A stretch of 62,247 nucleotides of DNA, counting the filler. It is 5 parts of 5 records of this genome, joined end to end, with 100 filler letters (N's around TTAATTAATTAA, not from the genome) between each part and the next. Parts side by side here need not be neighbours in the genome. Positions count along the whole stretch, not along the records: positions 1 to 23,364 come from DRR378314_565; 4 more parts are not named here. One strand, given 5' to 3'. Each line of letters begins with the position of its first letter. The first letter of the stretch is position 1. Positions 9,198 to 18,793 of this stretch are shown here, one piece after another. The notes beneath the pieces were generated by a model. It was not told the origin of the DNA, did not search any database, and was given only the letters and a program-made list of their open reading frames with translations. The translations under genes were made by a program, and so were the position numbers.

Positions 9198-10341
9198 TGA
9201 TTAGCGTGACGCAAAGCAGTAGCCAAGACCCCACCGCTACGCCCTGCCACTGCGCCCAGCGCCAAAATGGCTCTAGCCAGAATCCACCAATACTTGCCCC
9301 GAGATAGTAAAATACTAAGTACAGCGCTGAGGCACTGCCCCTAGCACCTTGTGCATAGCGACCCACCCAGCTAGAGGCCAGGGAGTGTGCTAAGAAAAAC
9401 CCAAACGCGTTAATGGTGAGACCAACAATAATCAGCGGCAGAGCATTGGCCAGCGTTACCGCCGTTCCTAGCATCAAAATTAAGATACCCACGCTCATGC
9501 AGCTTGCGGGTGAAAAACGTCCGGCTAATCGGCCTGATACCGTAGAGCCAAGCGTCCCCCCCAGATAGGTCAGGAAAATCAGCCCCAAGCTGCTAGCCGC
9601 TAATTGATAAGGCTCACCAGCCAAACGGAACGTGATATAGCTGTACTGATTGATAAAAATAAGAAAGTTAATTCCGCCCAGGCAATAAGCCGCCAACAGC
9701 ACCGGCGTGCGCAGATGCCCGAGCAGATCACCGGCCGCTTGGCGAAATTTAAAACGCTTGGGTGTAAAGGCTCGACTATTGGGTAGCAGTCGCCAAAAAA
9801 CTGCGCACCCGATTACCGTCATGATTCCTACCGCTAAAAATGCCGCCGAGGGGCCACCTAAAGTCGCCGCCCCACCGCCTACAATTCGGCCGCTAATACC
9901 GCCCAACGCATTGGCGCCAATATACAGACCAACCGCACTGAGCAAAGCGGGCTTTTCAAACTCATCCCCCATCCATGCAATCGCAACGGCTGGCAACCCG
10001 CCCAGCACAAAACCCTGCAGTAAACGCAGCAATAATAAGCTTTCGAACGTAGGTGCAAACGCCAATGCGAGGGAGAGACCGCCTGCTAAGAGCAACGTGA
10101 TGCGCATAATAGCCTCACGACCAATCGCATCAGATAGGGGGCCAAATACGAGTAGCGCGAAAGCAAGGGAAAGCGTGGAGGCGGACATCAAAAAACTAAC
10201 ACCTAAGGTAGATACCCCATAGGTGTCCTTCAGCCCGGGTAGCAGCGGTTGCGGGACATATAAGTTGATAAAAACAAGAAACGACCCTAGGCAAAGAGCC
10301 GCAGTCGCGCGCCACCAGGCGCGCGTTCTAGCCTCGATCAT
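9154..10341 (-). CDS. MFS transporter (YnfM-like)
   Basis: About 12 TM segments; GPLSDAIGR motif A; YVPQPLLP; ASALYLVFYYLG. Confidence 0.88.
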   Translation of the reverse strand: MIEARTRAWWRATAALCLGSFLVFINLYVPQPLLPGLKDTYGVSTLGVSFLMSASTLSLAFALLVFGPLSDAIGREAIMRITLLLAGGLSLALAFAPTFESLLLLRLLQGFVLGGLPAVAIAWMGDEFEKPALLSAVGLYIGANALGGISGRIVGGGAATLGGPSAAFLAVGIMTVIGCAVFWRLLPNSRAFTPKRFKFRQAAGDLLGHLRTPVLLAAYCLGGINFLIFINQYSYITFRLAGEPYQLAASSLGLIFLTYLGGTLGSTVSGRLAGRFSPASCMSVGILILMLGTAVTLANALPLIIVGLTINAFGFFLAHSLASSWVGRYAQGARGSASALYLVFYYLGASIGGFWLEPFWRWAQWQGVAVGSWLLLCVTLIISIGLWRFERRELR

Positions 10342-10377
10342 ATGATGTCCACACTAAGCAAAACGGATAGCAGACAT

Positions 10378-11016
10378 TTACGGCATATAGCGGTTACTAA
10401 GCTGGGCTAAATTGGTCGGCTCTAGCGCGCGCCGGGACTGCCAATAGTAGCGCTGCCAGTAGCTGTTATCCAAACGAGAGATCATGACTCCCTTGGAAGA
10501 GGACGCGTGTAAAAAACGGCCATCCCCTACATAAATGCCCACATGGTTGTATCGACCTGGGGGGCGGAAGAAGACCAGATCGCCCGCCTGCAGCTCTTGG
10601 CGGTCGATCGGGCGTCCCTCATGTACTTGATCATAGGTAGAGCGTGGCAGCTCTAAATTAAATGTGTCACGAAACACATTTCTTACCAGAGCAGAGCAAT
10701 CAATGCCTTGTTTCGAGGTGCCGCCAATTCGGTACGGCGTCCCCGCCCATCGCTGATGCTGCTCTAAAAGTGCTTGCCGAATGATCGTAGGTGGCGGCGT
10801 CTGAAGGCTACGCAGTTGGCCAGTGGCGTTACTGACCGGGGACATTGCGAGGTTTTCACCTTCTGCCAATCCCGGCAGCGCCATTGAGAAATAATTCTCG
10901 GGTGGCTCCATGCCCTGGCGTGAGGCGGAGCCCGCACAACCAGTTAAAACAGCGACAACAGCACAAACACTTACAACACGGACAGCGGTCACAGCGGGGT
11001 GTGGTGACGCAACCAT
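10378..11016 (-). CDS. NlpC/P60 lipoprotein peptidoglycan endopeptidase (MepS/Spr-like)
   Basis: Lipobox LTGC; GTPYRIGG, GIDCS, GDLVFF, HVGIY, FLHAS. Confidence 0.92.
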   Translation of the reverse strand: MVASPHPAVTAVRVVSVCAVVAVLTGCAGSASRQGMEPPENYFSMALPGLAEGENLAMSPVSNATGQLRSLQTPPPTIIRQALLEQHQRWAGTPYRIGGTSKQGIDCSALVRNVFRDTFNLELPRSTYDQVHEGRPIDRQELQAGDLVFFRPPGRYNHVGIYVGDGRFLHASSSKGVMISRLDNSYWQRYYWQSRRALEPTNLAQLSNRYMP

Positions 11017-11123
11017 GCGATTAACCTCGTAACAATAAAAATATTTAATGGGAATGAGGTATGAAAAAACTCATTTTTTTCAAACCCTGGACTATAAGCT
11101 AATTACCCTGTGCTTGGCGAGCT

Positions 11124-13589
11124 TCAATGCAAAATTCGCTGATCGCCCGGTAACGTATCGATATGTAGCGGCGCAAAGTGGCGCGGTTTATTTCCAGGAA
11201 AATCAAGGCTCGCCCAGGGTCCAGCCAGTATAGGGGCGCCACACAACCATGCGACTAACGCCTGCCGAAACCCAGCCAGAAAGCTTTCTCGCTCAGGTGT
11301 TTCGCCCATAAAAAACGAAAAACCGGCGTACATTCCCGCGGAGTACTCTTGCCAGCCAGAATAGTGATTAGCCGCCAGCTTATAAGCACGATCCAACACG
11401 TCGGCAAACGCTTGCCGGTCTAACCAACCAAGCTGGCGCGCCGCAATGGCGAGGTCGACTAATTGAGCAATGTCCCAGGCAGCCATATCTACATCGTTAC
11501 AACCATCTTCATTACTTTGCACCCGACGCAGGCGGAGCAGATGATGGCGCTCCTCCTCGGCACAATCACCCGACTCTAAAATAGCGATTTCGGCATCTAA
11601 GCGATCAGGATTAAGTGTGTAGGGCGCATAGTTAATCTGGTACTCCTGACGATCCCCAGATTCGAGCATGAAGGTCAAGAATTCCTGCATGTCATCAGCA
11701 CTGGTCAGATGATAATGGCTTTCCACCCATTCACGGATATCAGCGCACTCTCTAGGGCTTTCCACTTGAGGCTCACTCCACACAGCGCTATTAAGCGGCC
11801 CAACCAGCGACATGGCCGTAAAATGACTTAGCGTTGGCCGCTCGCCAGGTTCACACCACGCATCAGGATGCCAATTCAACCAATGGAAAAGACTGCCGGG
11901 ATCCTCTAAGTGCCAGGCAATTTCATTAATTAATGAATCGTGCTCCGGCTCTGGTAAGCAGCTTTCCCAGGCAAACCATGCTTCAAGCAAACGCTTTGGT
12001 GTGGCATAAAAGCGACACAGGCAACTACGCAAAGCGCTGGCATGCGTCATCAGTGGTTCACGCTCAAAGAGGCTGCTGTCCAGCGCCATATGTAAGTAGA
12101 ACGCGAACTTCTCTGCCATATGAATAGTGGCAGCATGACGGCTAACCCCTTTTACTGCATTACGCTGCTTTAGCTCGTCAGGCGTAGGCTGACCAAACGG
12201 CGTCTGCGATGGCGGTATAACGCCATGAACGGCGTCTGCGGCAAGCTGATTAAGATGGTGCGCCTGGGCCGGTAGCCAATAGCGCACCAACGCTTGGTGT
12301 CCCTCATCAGCATGCAGGTCTAACGAATCCTGAAGGTAGACCGCCGCCTCGGCTCGGCGCTGCTCTGAAATAGGCGCTGATGGATTCAACTGACGCAGCA
12401 TTACATCCGGTTCTCGCACGCTGGCCAGGGCCAGTAACCAATGATGGGAAGTATTTCTCCACTGTTTAATGCGTTCACGAGACGCGCTCAGCGTTAGCTC
12501 ATCCAGCAGCGAGCTTAGTGGACATTTCCACGGACTATGAGGCGCCTGCGTCAGTAGCTTATGGCGTGTACTCGGCGTCATACCACGCCGATCGACCCCT
12601 TCAAACAAACTTTGGCCTCGCATATAGGCTTTCAGCACCGCGTACCAATCATGGTAACGGCGGCTTATTAAGTCAGCCGCATGCGCTGCGAGATCATCAG
12701 CCTCCGCTTGGCTTAACCAGCCACAGCAAGCGCCCGCCCATGCCAATTCAACCAGTCGTAGCCAATCCCAAGCGGCCCACTCCAGTGGCTCACCTTGGCT
12801 GACGAATGTAGTCAACACCGGTGCATAAGGGGCATCTGCAACAGCACCCCGCTGCCACTCTTGGCGCTGAGCATGGTCCATAGTGAGCAGTTCACGGGCT
12901 TCGATATCCCAGCTCTGCCGCTCCCCTTGGGCGCTTAACCACAGCATCACTTCAAGCAACTGATCGCGATCATGAACCTGCCAGATACGTGCTAGCCATT
13001 CGGGGGCGTCTGGCCAGTCAGCAGCACTTGCCGGGTAACTGAGCACAGAGCGAAACAGCGCACATAGACGCCACGGCTGTGCTGATTGGCTCTCTGGCCA
13101 TAGCGCCTGGGGTTCAGGTAATCGTGCCAGTGCGGCGTCAAGAACTTGCCAAGTGATGCCTTCGCCTTCACTTTCTAAATCCGCTAGCGCCTGACAAGCG
13201 TCAATAAAGCGATCATCCGCGCCGGTTTCCCACCCTTTCACGCCAAGCGCTCGGCGCAGGTCGGAAAGCCAAGCGCGCAGATCGCTGTAGTCAGACGTAA
13301 TACGAAGGGTAATATGATGCGCCCACGTTTGCGCCTGAGATTGTGTCAGCCAGCCTGCCGCGCCTGCTAGCGCTGCCCACTCTAGCGCCCCCAATAGCCG
13401 ATCAGCTTCACCGGCTGGGGCATCCAGCGCAAAAAAGAGCTGATCAGCCAACTCGCCACGGTGTGCAATACCCAGCTGTAGCAGACGTTGTTCGGCCGCT
13501 CCCGCATCCACCGTCAGCGGATGCGGCGTAAAGGCCCAATCACACAGCACAAGCTGTTGAGCCCACCAGGCATTCAGTGCATCGGCCAA
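11124..13589 (-). CDS. Large protein with tandem DUF1266 (YbeU/YbeR)-like modules
   Basis: 821 aa; repeated AWD..R/Q.V.L......GWL....A motif (AAWDWLRLVELAWAGACCGWLS; AAWDIAQLVDLAIAARQLGWLD); TTG start with AGAGG RBS. Confidence 0.7.
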   Translation of the reverse strand: MADALNAWWAQQLVLCDWAFTPHPLTVDAGAAEQRLLQLGIAHRGELADQLFFALDAPAGEADRLLGALEWAALAGAAGWLTQSQAQTWAHHITLRITSDYSDLRAWLSDLRRALGVKGWETGADDRFIDACQALADLESEGEGITWQVLDAALARLPEPQALWPESQSAQPWRLCALFRSVLSYPASAADWPDAPEWLARIWQVHDRDQLLEVMLWLSAQGERQSWDIEARELLTMDHAQRQEWQRGAVADAPYAPVLTTFVSQGEPLEWAAWDWLRLVELAWAGACCGWLSQAEADDLAAHAADLISRRYHDWYAVLKAYMRGQSLFEGVDRRGMTPSTRHKLLTQAPHSPWKCPLSSLLDELTLSASRERIKQWRNTSHHWLLALASVREPDVMLRQLNPSAPISEQRRAEAAVYLQDSLDLHADEGHQALVRYWLPAQAHHLNQLAADAVHGVIPPSQTPFGQPTPDELKQRNAVKGVSRHAATIHMAEKFAFYLHMALDSSLFEREPLMTHASALRSCLCRFYATPKRLLEAWFAWESCLPEPEHDSLINEIAWHLEDPGSLFHWLNWHPDAWCEPGERPTLSHFTAMSLVGPLNSAVWSEPQVESPRECADIREWVESHYHLTSADDMQEFLTFMLESGDRQEYQINYAPYTLNPDRLDAEIAILESGDCAEEERHHLLRLRRVQSNEDGCNDVDMAAWDIAQLVDLAIAARQLGWLDRQAFADVLDRAYKLAANHYSGWQEYSAGMYAGFSFFMGETPERESFLAGFRQALVAWLCGAPILAGPWASLDFPGNKPRHFAPLHIDTLPGDQRILH

Positions 13590-13789
13590 AAGACACCTCT
13601 AAGAAACAGGAAGCTATTAATGAAAATAAAAAAGAGTGAGCAGCCTACACAATAAGGCCGCTTAAAATAAAAAGAGACGCCGTTGTAACGACATCGTCAA
13701 AATGGCATTGCTAAGAGGGCATAGTGTAACGGAAAGTGGCGCGCAGGCCGATAGCGATGAAACGTTAAAACGAGGCAAAAAACGAGCAC

Positions 13790-13824
13790 CTAAAACAGCA
13801 CTGCCCGGCGCAGGGCCGGGCAGC
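13790..13824 (-). terminator. Terminator after the GlsB/YeaQ gene
   Basis: CTGCCCGGC...GCCGGGCAG hairpin followed on the minus strand by a short T tract. Confidence 0.6.
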
Positions 13825-13848
13825 AAATAATGCACTAGGTTGGCTATG

Positions 13849-14091
13849 CTAAGCGCTTTTAACTTTACTGATTATCCATAACAACACGACTGCACCGACG
13901 GTTGCGGTCACCAACGAACCGATAAAACCGCCCGCTTGCAGACCTAACAGGCTAAATAAAAACCCGCCAAGCAGTGCGCCAACAACACCGACACCAATAT
14001 TGCCCAAAATACCAAAACCACCGCCACGCATGATGTTGCCAGCGATCCAGCCAGCCAAACCACCAATAATCAACCACGCAATAAAGCCCAT
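13849..14091 (-). CDS. GlsB/YeaQ/YmgE family stress-response membrane protein
   Basis: WLIIGGLAGWIA...GVVGALLGG...ATVGAVVLL transglycosylase-associated pattern; AGGAGG RBS. Confidence 0.9.
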   Translation of the reverse strand: MGFIAWLIIGGLAGWIAGNIMRGGGFGILGNIGVGVVGALLGGFLFSLLGLQAGGFIGSLVTATVGAVVLLWIISKVKSA

Positions 14092-14250
14092 AGTGCCTCC
14101 TTGATGTTCACTTTCGTCAGGGTTTTACCTATAACATCTTAACTGCAACGTTTTATCCGCAGTGTTTTACGTATAACTGTTGCTTGTCCTACCATAGCAC
14201 ACGGCGCTACGGTCCTGCCCATTTGATCCCCTTCCTTACAAGGAAACCCT

Positions 14251-15120
14251 ATGATTCCCGATTCTCTCAAGCAATTACTGTCCGATGTAGACGGCCACCA
14301 GCAGGTAACCTGGCAAGGGCGCGACATAGCGCTATTCAAGATGGCTTGGGGAGAAATGGCAATTAGCCTACAGGGCGCACAAGTGCTGCATTTTGCACCC
14401 GCTGACGACACCGGCTGGCTTTGGGTTACCCCCACACCGCAGGCGCTTCCAGGTGCGATCCGTGGTGGTATTCCCCTATGCTGGCCCTGGTTTGGCGACG
14501 AACGCTATGCCGATGAAAGCCCTGACCGTAACGGCCCTTTTCACGGGCTTGCTCGTCACGCTCAGTGGCGTTTAGACGCGATTGATGACCATGCTGAAGG
14601 TATTGAAGTGCATCTCTCTCCTATCGAGCGTCTACATAGTCAGCTAACCGCTCGCGTCGTCATTCAAGCGAATGCCCAACGCTTGAACGTCGAATTAATT
14701 AGCGAAAACATTGGCGAAGTACCGGTCAAAATCAGCGGTGCGCTACATACCTATTTGGCGGTTAGTGATGTGCACCAGTGCCGCTTGGAAGGGTTGGCCG
14801 GCGCACGTTATTTAGACAAACTGCGCGGCTTTGGCGAAGACCAACAACAGGGTACGCTGGCCATTCGCGGAGCCGTCGACCGTATTTATCACACCAATGA
14901 AGCCGTACTGTTGAACGATGGGCAGCGCACGCTGCGTATTGCCAAACAATCCAGCGACTCCACCGTGGTGTGGCACCCAGACAGCGATTTGCCCAGCGAT
15001 ACGCCAGCCGACGCGGCACGTCACTTTTTTTGCGTTGAAGCTGCTAACACCCGCCTCGATCCAGTATGGCTAGTCCCCGGCGCACAACACCTATTAGGTA
15101 CGACATTAAGCCGCGGTTAA
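14251..15120 (+). CDS. D-hexose-6-phosphate mutarotase (aldose 1-epimerase family, YeaD-like)
   Basis: GAQVL, AIRGGIPLCWPWFG, HGLAR, ALHTY, VVWHP, FFCVE. Confidence 0.9.
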   Translation: MIPDSLKQLLSDVDGHQQVTWQGRDIALFKMAWGEMAISLQGAQVLHFAPADDTGWLWVTPTPQALPGAIRGGIPLCWPWFGDERYADESPDRNGPFHGLARHAQWRLDAIDDHAEGIEVHLSPIERLHSQLTARVVIQANAQRLNVELISENIGEVPVKISGALHTYLAVSDVHQCRLEGLAGARYLDKLRGFGEDQQQGTLAIRGAVDRIYHTNEAVLLNDGQRTLRIAKQSSDSTVVWHPDSDLPSDTPADAARHFFCVEAANTRLDPVWLVPGAQHLLGTTLSRG

Positions 15121-15180
15121 TCCTCGGTTCATCAAGGCTTTGTTATCATCAAAGCAATTAATGTTTTTAAGGGAGACATA

Positions 15181-15369
15181 ATGGATCCACAGCAATGGCT
15201 GGAGGCTGCCACCTTTGCCTTTAACCTGATCGGCATGGTGGTATGCTTAGTTGGCTTAACACTTGCGCAAAAAATGCAGCGCCGCTGGCCAGGGTATAGC
15301 GTCGCTGTGGTTGGGTTTATCATCGCCACCCTACCCATGCTTTCCCAGGTTGTACTAATAAGGAATTGA
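15181..15369 (+). CDS. Small two-TM hypothetical protein upstream of ycjX
   Basis: 62 aa; GGGAG RBS; ends 4 nt before ycjX. Confidence 0.65.
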   Translation: MDPQQWLEAATFAFNLIGMVVCLVGLTLAQKMQRRWPGYSVAVVGFIIATLPMLSQVVLIRN

Positions 15370-15373
15370 TAGG

Positions 15374-16762
15374 ATGCGCCAGCCGTTAAGTCGCGAACTG
15401 AGCAATTTATTAGAGCGAGGCCGTGACCGGCAATTAAGGCTGGCGGTAACGGGGCTGTCTCAGGCAGGGAAAACCGCGTTTCTAACGTCACTGGTTAACC
15501 AACTGCGCCACGCTGGGGTAGAGGCCCAACTAGACTTGTTACCCGTCGCCCGTGAAAGGCGTTTGCTGGGTGCGCAGCGGTTGAACCAACCGGACCTTGG
15601 CGTGCCACGTTTCCCCTATGATCCTGGCATGGCGGCGCTACGTGCTACGCCGCCGCGCTGGCCTGAGCCCACCCGTGGCATCAGTGAACTGCGCTTACAG
15701 CTGCGCTACCGCCCTGCCCAGCAAGGCTGGTTTACTCCAGACATTGCCCACTTAACCCTCGACTTGTTCGACTACCCAGGCGAGTGGTTGCTGGATTTAC
15801 CCCTGCTACAGCACGACTTTTACAGCTGGTGCCAGGCGCAGTCACTGCATGAAGGGCCACACCGTAAGGTGTTATTCAGCGAATGGCTAGCGGAGGCTGA
15901 ACAACTAGACCCTGCCGCCGAGGCTGATGAAGCTAAACTGGCAGCGCTCGCAGATGCCTATGCCCAAGGTCTTCGCCGGGCCAAACAAGCAGGATTTTCC
16001 GATCTTCAGCCAGGACGTTTTTTGCTCCCTGGCGAGCTAGATGGCGCGCCAGTCCTACAATTTTTTCCGCTACCTGAATTAAATGCACCAAAAGAAACCC
16101 TGGAAGCACTACCTGATACAAGTATTTACGCCACCTTGGCCGCGCGCTTTCGCTACTACCAGCAGCAAGTGGTACGGCCCTTTTATCGTGACCATTTCCG
16201 TCGTTTCGACCGTCAGATTGTGCTGGTCGATGTGCTTGGTGCGCTTAATGCCGGGCCGGAACGCTTTGAAGACCTTTCCCATGCGCTGCGCCAACTGATG
16301 CAAAGCTTCGATTACGGCAAGCGCAGCCTGTTAACGCGTCTATTTGCGCCGAAAATAGACCGTCTGGCCATTGCTGCAACTAAAGCTGATCACGTGACGC
16401 CCGACCAGCACGGCAATGTTGTGCAACTGCTGGAGGCGTTACTCGCTGAGCCGCTTAAAGACCTGCGCTTTGCCGACATTCCGGTGAAGGCACTGTCACT
16501 GGCAGCCATACGCGCCACTGAAGCCCGTGAAGTGCTCCACGAAGGCAAACGCACCCCCGCACTAAAAGGCACTACCCTTGAAGGCGAAGATGTACTGGTC
16601 TACCCGGGTGAAGTGCCAAACCGTCTTCCGAAACCCGACTTTTGGCAGCAGCAAGGCTTTGACTTTCCCAGCTTTCGCCCAATGCCTATTGACAGCGAAG
16701 CGCTTTCACATATCCGCATGGACGCCGCTATCGACTGGCTGATTGGAGATAAATTGATATGA
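15374..16762 (+). CDS. ycjX: YcjX family P-loop NTPase
   Basis: RLAVTGLSQAGKT, DYPGEWLLDL, QPGRFLLPG, ATKADH, HIRMD. Confidence 0.92.
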   Translation: MRQPLSRELSNLLERGRDRQLRLAVTGLSQAGKTAFLTSLVNQLRHAGVEAQLDLLPVARERRLLGAQRLNQPDLGVPRFPYDPGMAALRATPPRWPEPTRGISELRLQLRYRPAQQGWFTPDIAHLTLDLFDYPGEWLLDLPLLQHDFYSWCQAQSLHEGPHRKVLFSEWLAEAEQLDPAAEADEAKLAALADAYAQGLRRAKQAGFSDLQPGRFLLPGELDGAPVLQFFPLPELNAPKETLEALPDTSIYATLAARFRYYQQQVVRPFYRDHFRRFDRQIVLVDVLGALNAGPERFEDLSHALRQLMQSFDYGKRSLLTRLFAPKIDRLAIAATKADHVTPDQHGNVVQLLEALLAEPLKDLRFADIPVKALSLAAIRATEAREVLHEGKRTPALKGTTLEGEDVLVYPGEVPNRLPKPDFWQQQGFDFPSFRPMPIDSEALSHIRMDAAIDWLIGDKLI

Positions 16763-17787
16763 GTAATCCTCAGCCGCGCCGGGATTTCCAAACAGAAGAA
16801 GCACCCGCCCCCAGCCCCGAACAGTTGCGGCAGCGTGAAAGTTTTGCCGCGACTGAATCGCATCAGCCGCTGACTCCCCAGGCAGACATCAAAGCACTTC
16901 CGGAAGCGAGCCTGAGCACACCCCGAAAGCGCCGTTGGGGGTTGATGTTTGCCCTGGTCGGCGGTGCCACTTTGGGCAGCGTAGAACTTGCCACCGGCAT
17001 TCCAGACGCCTTTTCCCAGTCACAGTGGATGACCATGGCCTGGCAGCTGTTTGGCATTAGCTTGATCGGTTTAGGCGGTCTGTCGTTGTTGAAAGAGCTT
17101 GGCCGTCTGCGCCGTTTAAAGCGCCATGATCGATTACGTCATGACCTCGCCGAGCTGCCACAGCGCTCTACCAAGCAAGCCCAATCCATGGCAGAGCAGC
17201 TCAAGCGCCAGCTAAAACTGAGCGACGATGATCCTCATTGGCAGGCATTTCAACGCGCCTGCCAGCCCCACCATAGCGGTGAAGAGATACAAACACTGCT
17301 GCGCTACCACCTACTGGCACCCCGCGACCGCGAAGCCCAACGCCTGATTACCCGTATGTCCGGCGAAACGGCCATTATGGTGGCTATCAGCCCGCTTACA
17401 TTGGTGGATATGGCACTGGTGGCCTGGCGCAGCCTTGCCATGGTCGACAGACTCTGCCGACTTTATGGATTGGAACTAGGCTATGCCAGCCGTCTACGGC
17501 TTTTCCGTAATGTGCTGCATAACATGGCCTTTGCCGGGGCCAGTGAACTGGCCACTGACGCCAGCATGGATATGCTTTCGCTTGATTTAGCAGGCAGGCT
17601 TTCCGCCCGTGCGGGCCAAGGCTTGGCCACGGGCCTGCTGAGCGCCCGTTTAGGGCTACGCGCCCAGCGTCTATGTCGCCCGGTGGCCTTTACGGATGAA
17701 GAGCAACCCAAGTTGGCCGATCTACGCCAAGACCTGTGGAGGCAAATCAAACGGCTCGATAAAGAGCCCGTTGCACAAGATCGTTAA
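16759..17787 (+). CDS. ycjF: YcjF family membrane protein (DUF697)
   Basis: AISPLTLVDM, LYGLELG, LSARAGQG, CRP; ATGA-coupled to ycjX. Confidence 0.9.
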   Translation: MSNPQPRRDFQTEEAPAPSPEQLRQRESFAATESHQPLTPQADIKALPEASLSTPRKRRWGLMFALVGGATLGSVELATGIPDAFSQSQWMTMAWQLFGISLIGLGGLSLLKELGRLRRLKRHDRLRHDLAELPQRSTKQAQSMAEQLKRQLKLSDDDPHWQAFQRACQPHHSGEEIQTLLRYHLLAPRDREAQRLITRMSGETAIMVAISPLTLVDMALVAWRSLAMVDRLCRLYGLELGYASRLRLFRNVLHNMAFAGASELATDASMDMLSLDLAGRLSARAGQGLATGLLSARLGLRAQRLCRPVAFTDEEQPKLADLRQDLWRQIKRLDKEPVAQDR

Positions 17788-18686
17788 ATGGGATGGTTCG
17801 AGGCGATCCAATCGAGAAACGTGCGTTTGCCAGCCCCATTGTCATTTGGGTTGGCATCAATGATGCCGTAACCATTAGGCGTCGCCAGACTGAGATGCTT
17901 CAGTCCGACCAGCATGCCACGCTCAAGCATGTCTTCGACTAGCCCTCTCCAACCCAGCGCTACGCCTTGTCCTGCAATCGCCGCTTGAATCAACAGCGTA
18001 TAGTTATTGAAATCCAATTCGGAAGATTGCCCATAAGGCGTCCCGCCCATTTGCTTGAAGTATGTCGGCCAATCCAGCCAGTGCTGCCGTTGATCAGCGG
18101 TAAGGGTCAGCAGGGGGACTTCAGCAAGCGATGAGAGCTGTTCCAAAGGGCCGTACTGTTTCAAAAAACCAGCACTACAGACGGGAAAAACCTCTTCCTG
18201 AAACAATGGAGAAGCGTTTTTCATCCCCCGTTCATCACAGAACATAATGGCCACATCGACCTCTTGCCCTCTCCAATCAAAGACTTCCTGGCTAGTTAAA
18301 ATGCGCACATCGATATTAGGGTGCTGCTGCCGAAATATCGGCAGCCGCGGCATCAGCCAGTAAGCAGCCAACGAAAAATCGGTCAAAATATTGACGTGCG
18401 GATTATGCTGGCGATGCTGCAGCCGTTCGATCGTCTCCTCGATGATCGAAAACCCCTCCTGAACACTGGCAAACAGCGCATGACCAGATTCGGTCAGTCG
18501 CACGCCACGGTATACCCGGTCAAAAAGCCGCAAGCCAAGCTCTTCTTCCAACGCCCGAACCTGCTGGCTGACCGCCGACTGGGTCGAACGCAGTTCATGA
18601 GCTGCTGCAGTAAAGCTCAGATGTCTGGCTGCTGCCTCAAAGATTCTCAATCCATTCTGCGACACCCCTTTACCCGCCACTGACAT
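17784..18686 (-). CDS. LysR-family (GcvA-like) regulator, probable choline-sulfate utilisation regulator
   Basis: FEAAARHLSFTAAAHEL..TQSAVSQQ HTH; AAIAGQGVALGW; divergent from betC. Confidence 0.88.
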   Translation of the reverse strand: MSVAGKGVSQNGLRIFEAAARHLSFTAAAHELRSTQSAVSQQVRALEEELGLRLFDRVYRGVRLTESGHALFASVQEGFSIIEETIERLQHRQHNPHVNILTDFSLAAYWLMPRLPIFRQQHPNIDVRILTSQEVFDWRGQEVDVAIMFCDERGMKNASPLFQEEVFPVCSAGFLKQYGPLEQLSSLAEVPLLTLTADQRQHWLDWPTYFKQMGGTPYGQSSELDFNNYTLLIQAAIAGQGVALGWRGLVEDMLERGMLVGLKHLSLATPNGYGIIDANPNDNGAGKRTFLDWIASNHPI

Positions 18687-18700
18687 TAGCTCACCTAATG
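18684..18700. promoter_or_regulatory. LysR recognition site (T-N11-A) overlapping the regulator start codon
   Basis: CATTAG-N5-CTAATG palindrome; CTAAT core like GcvA-type sites; typical autoregulatory position. Confidence 0.65.
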
Positions 18701-18793
18701 GGAAACATTAAAAAATAGCCAGTTTACAGCATAACGGATTAGCAGAGAGACTGGTTAAGAATTGATACGCGCCACGACCTGGAGTTTCTGCAC

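Noticed and set aside
13620-13680. Duplicated AAAATAAAAA(A)GAG in the intergenic region upstream of the DUF1266-like gene
   Set aside because: Low-complexity A-rich sequence with only two copies, insufficient to call a site or sRNA.
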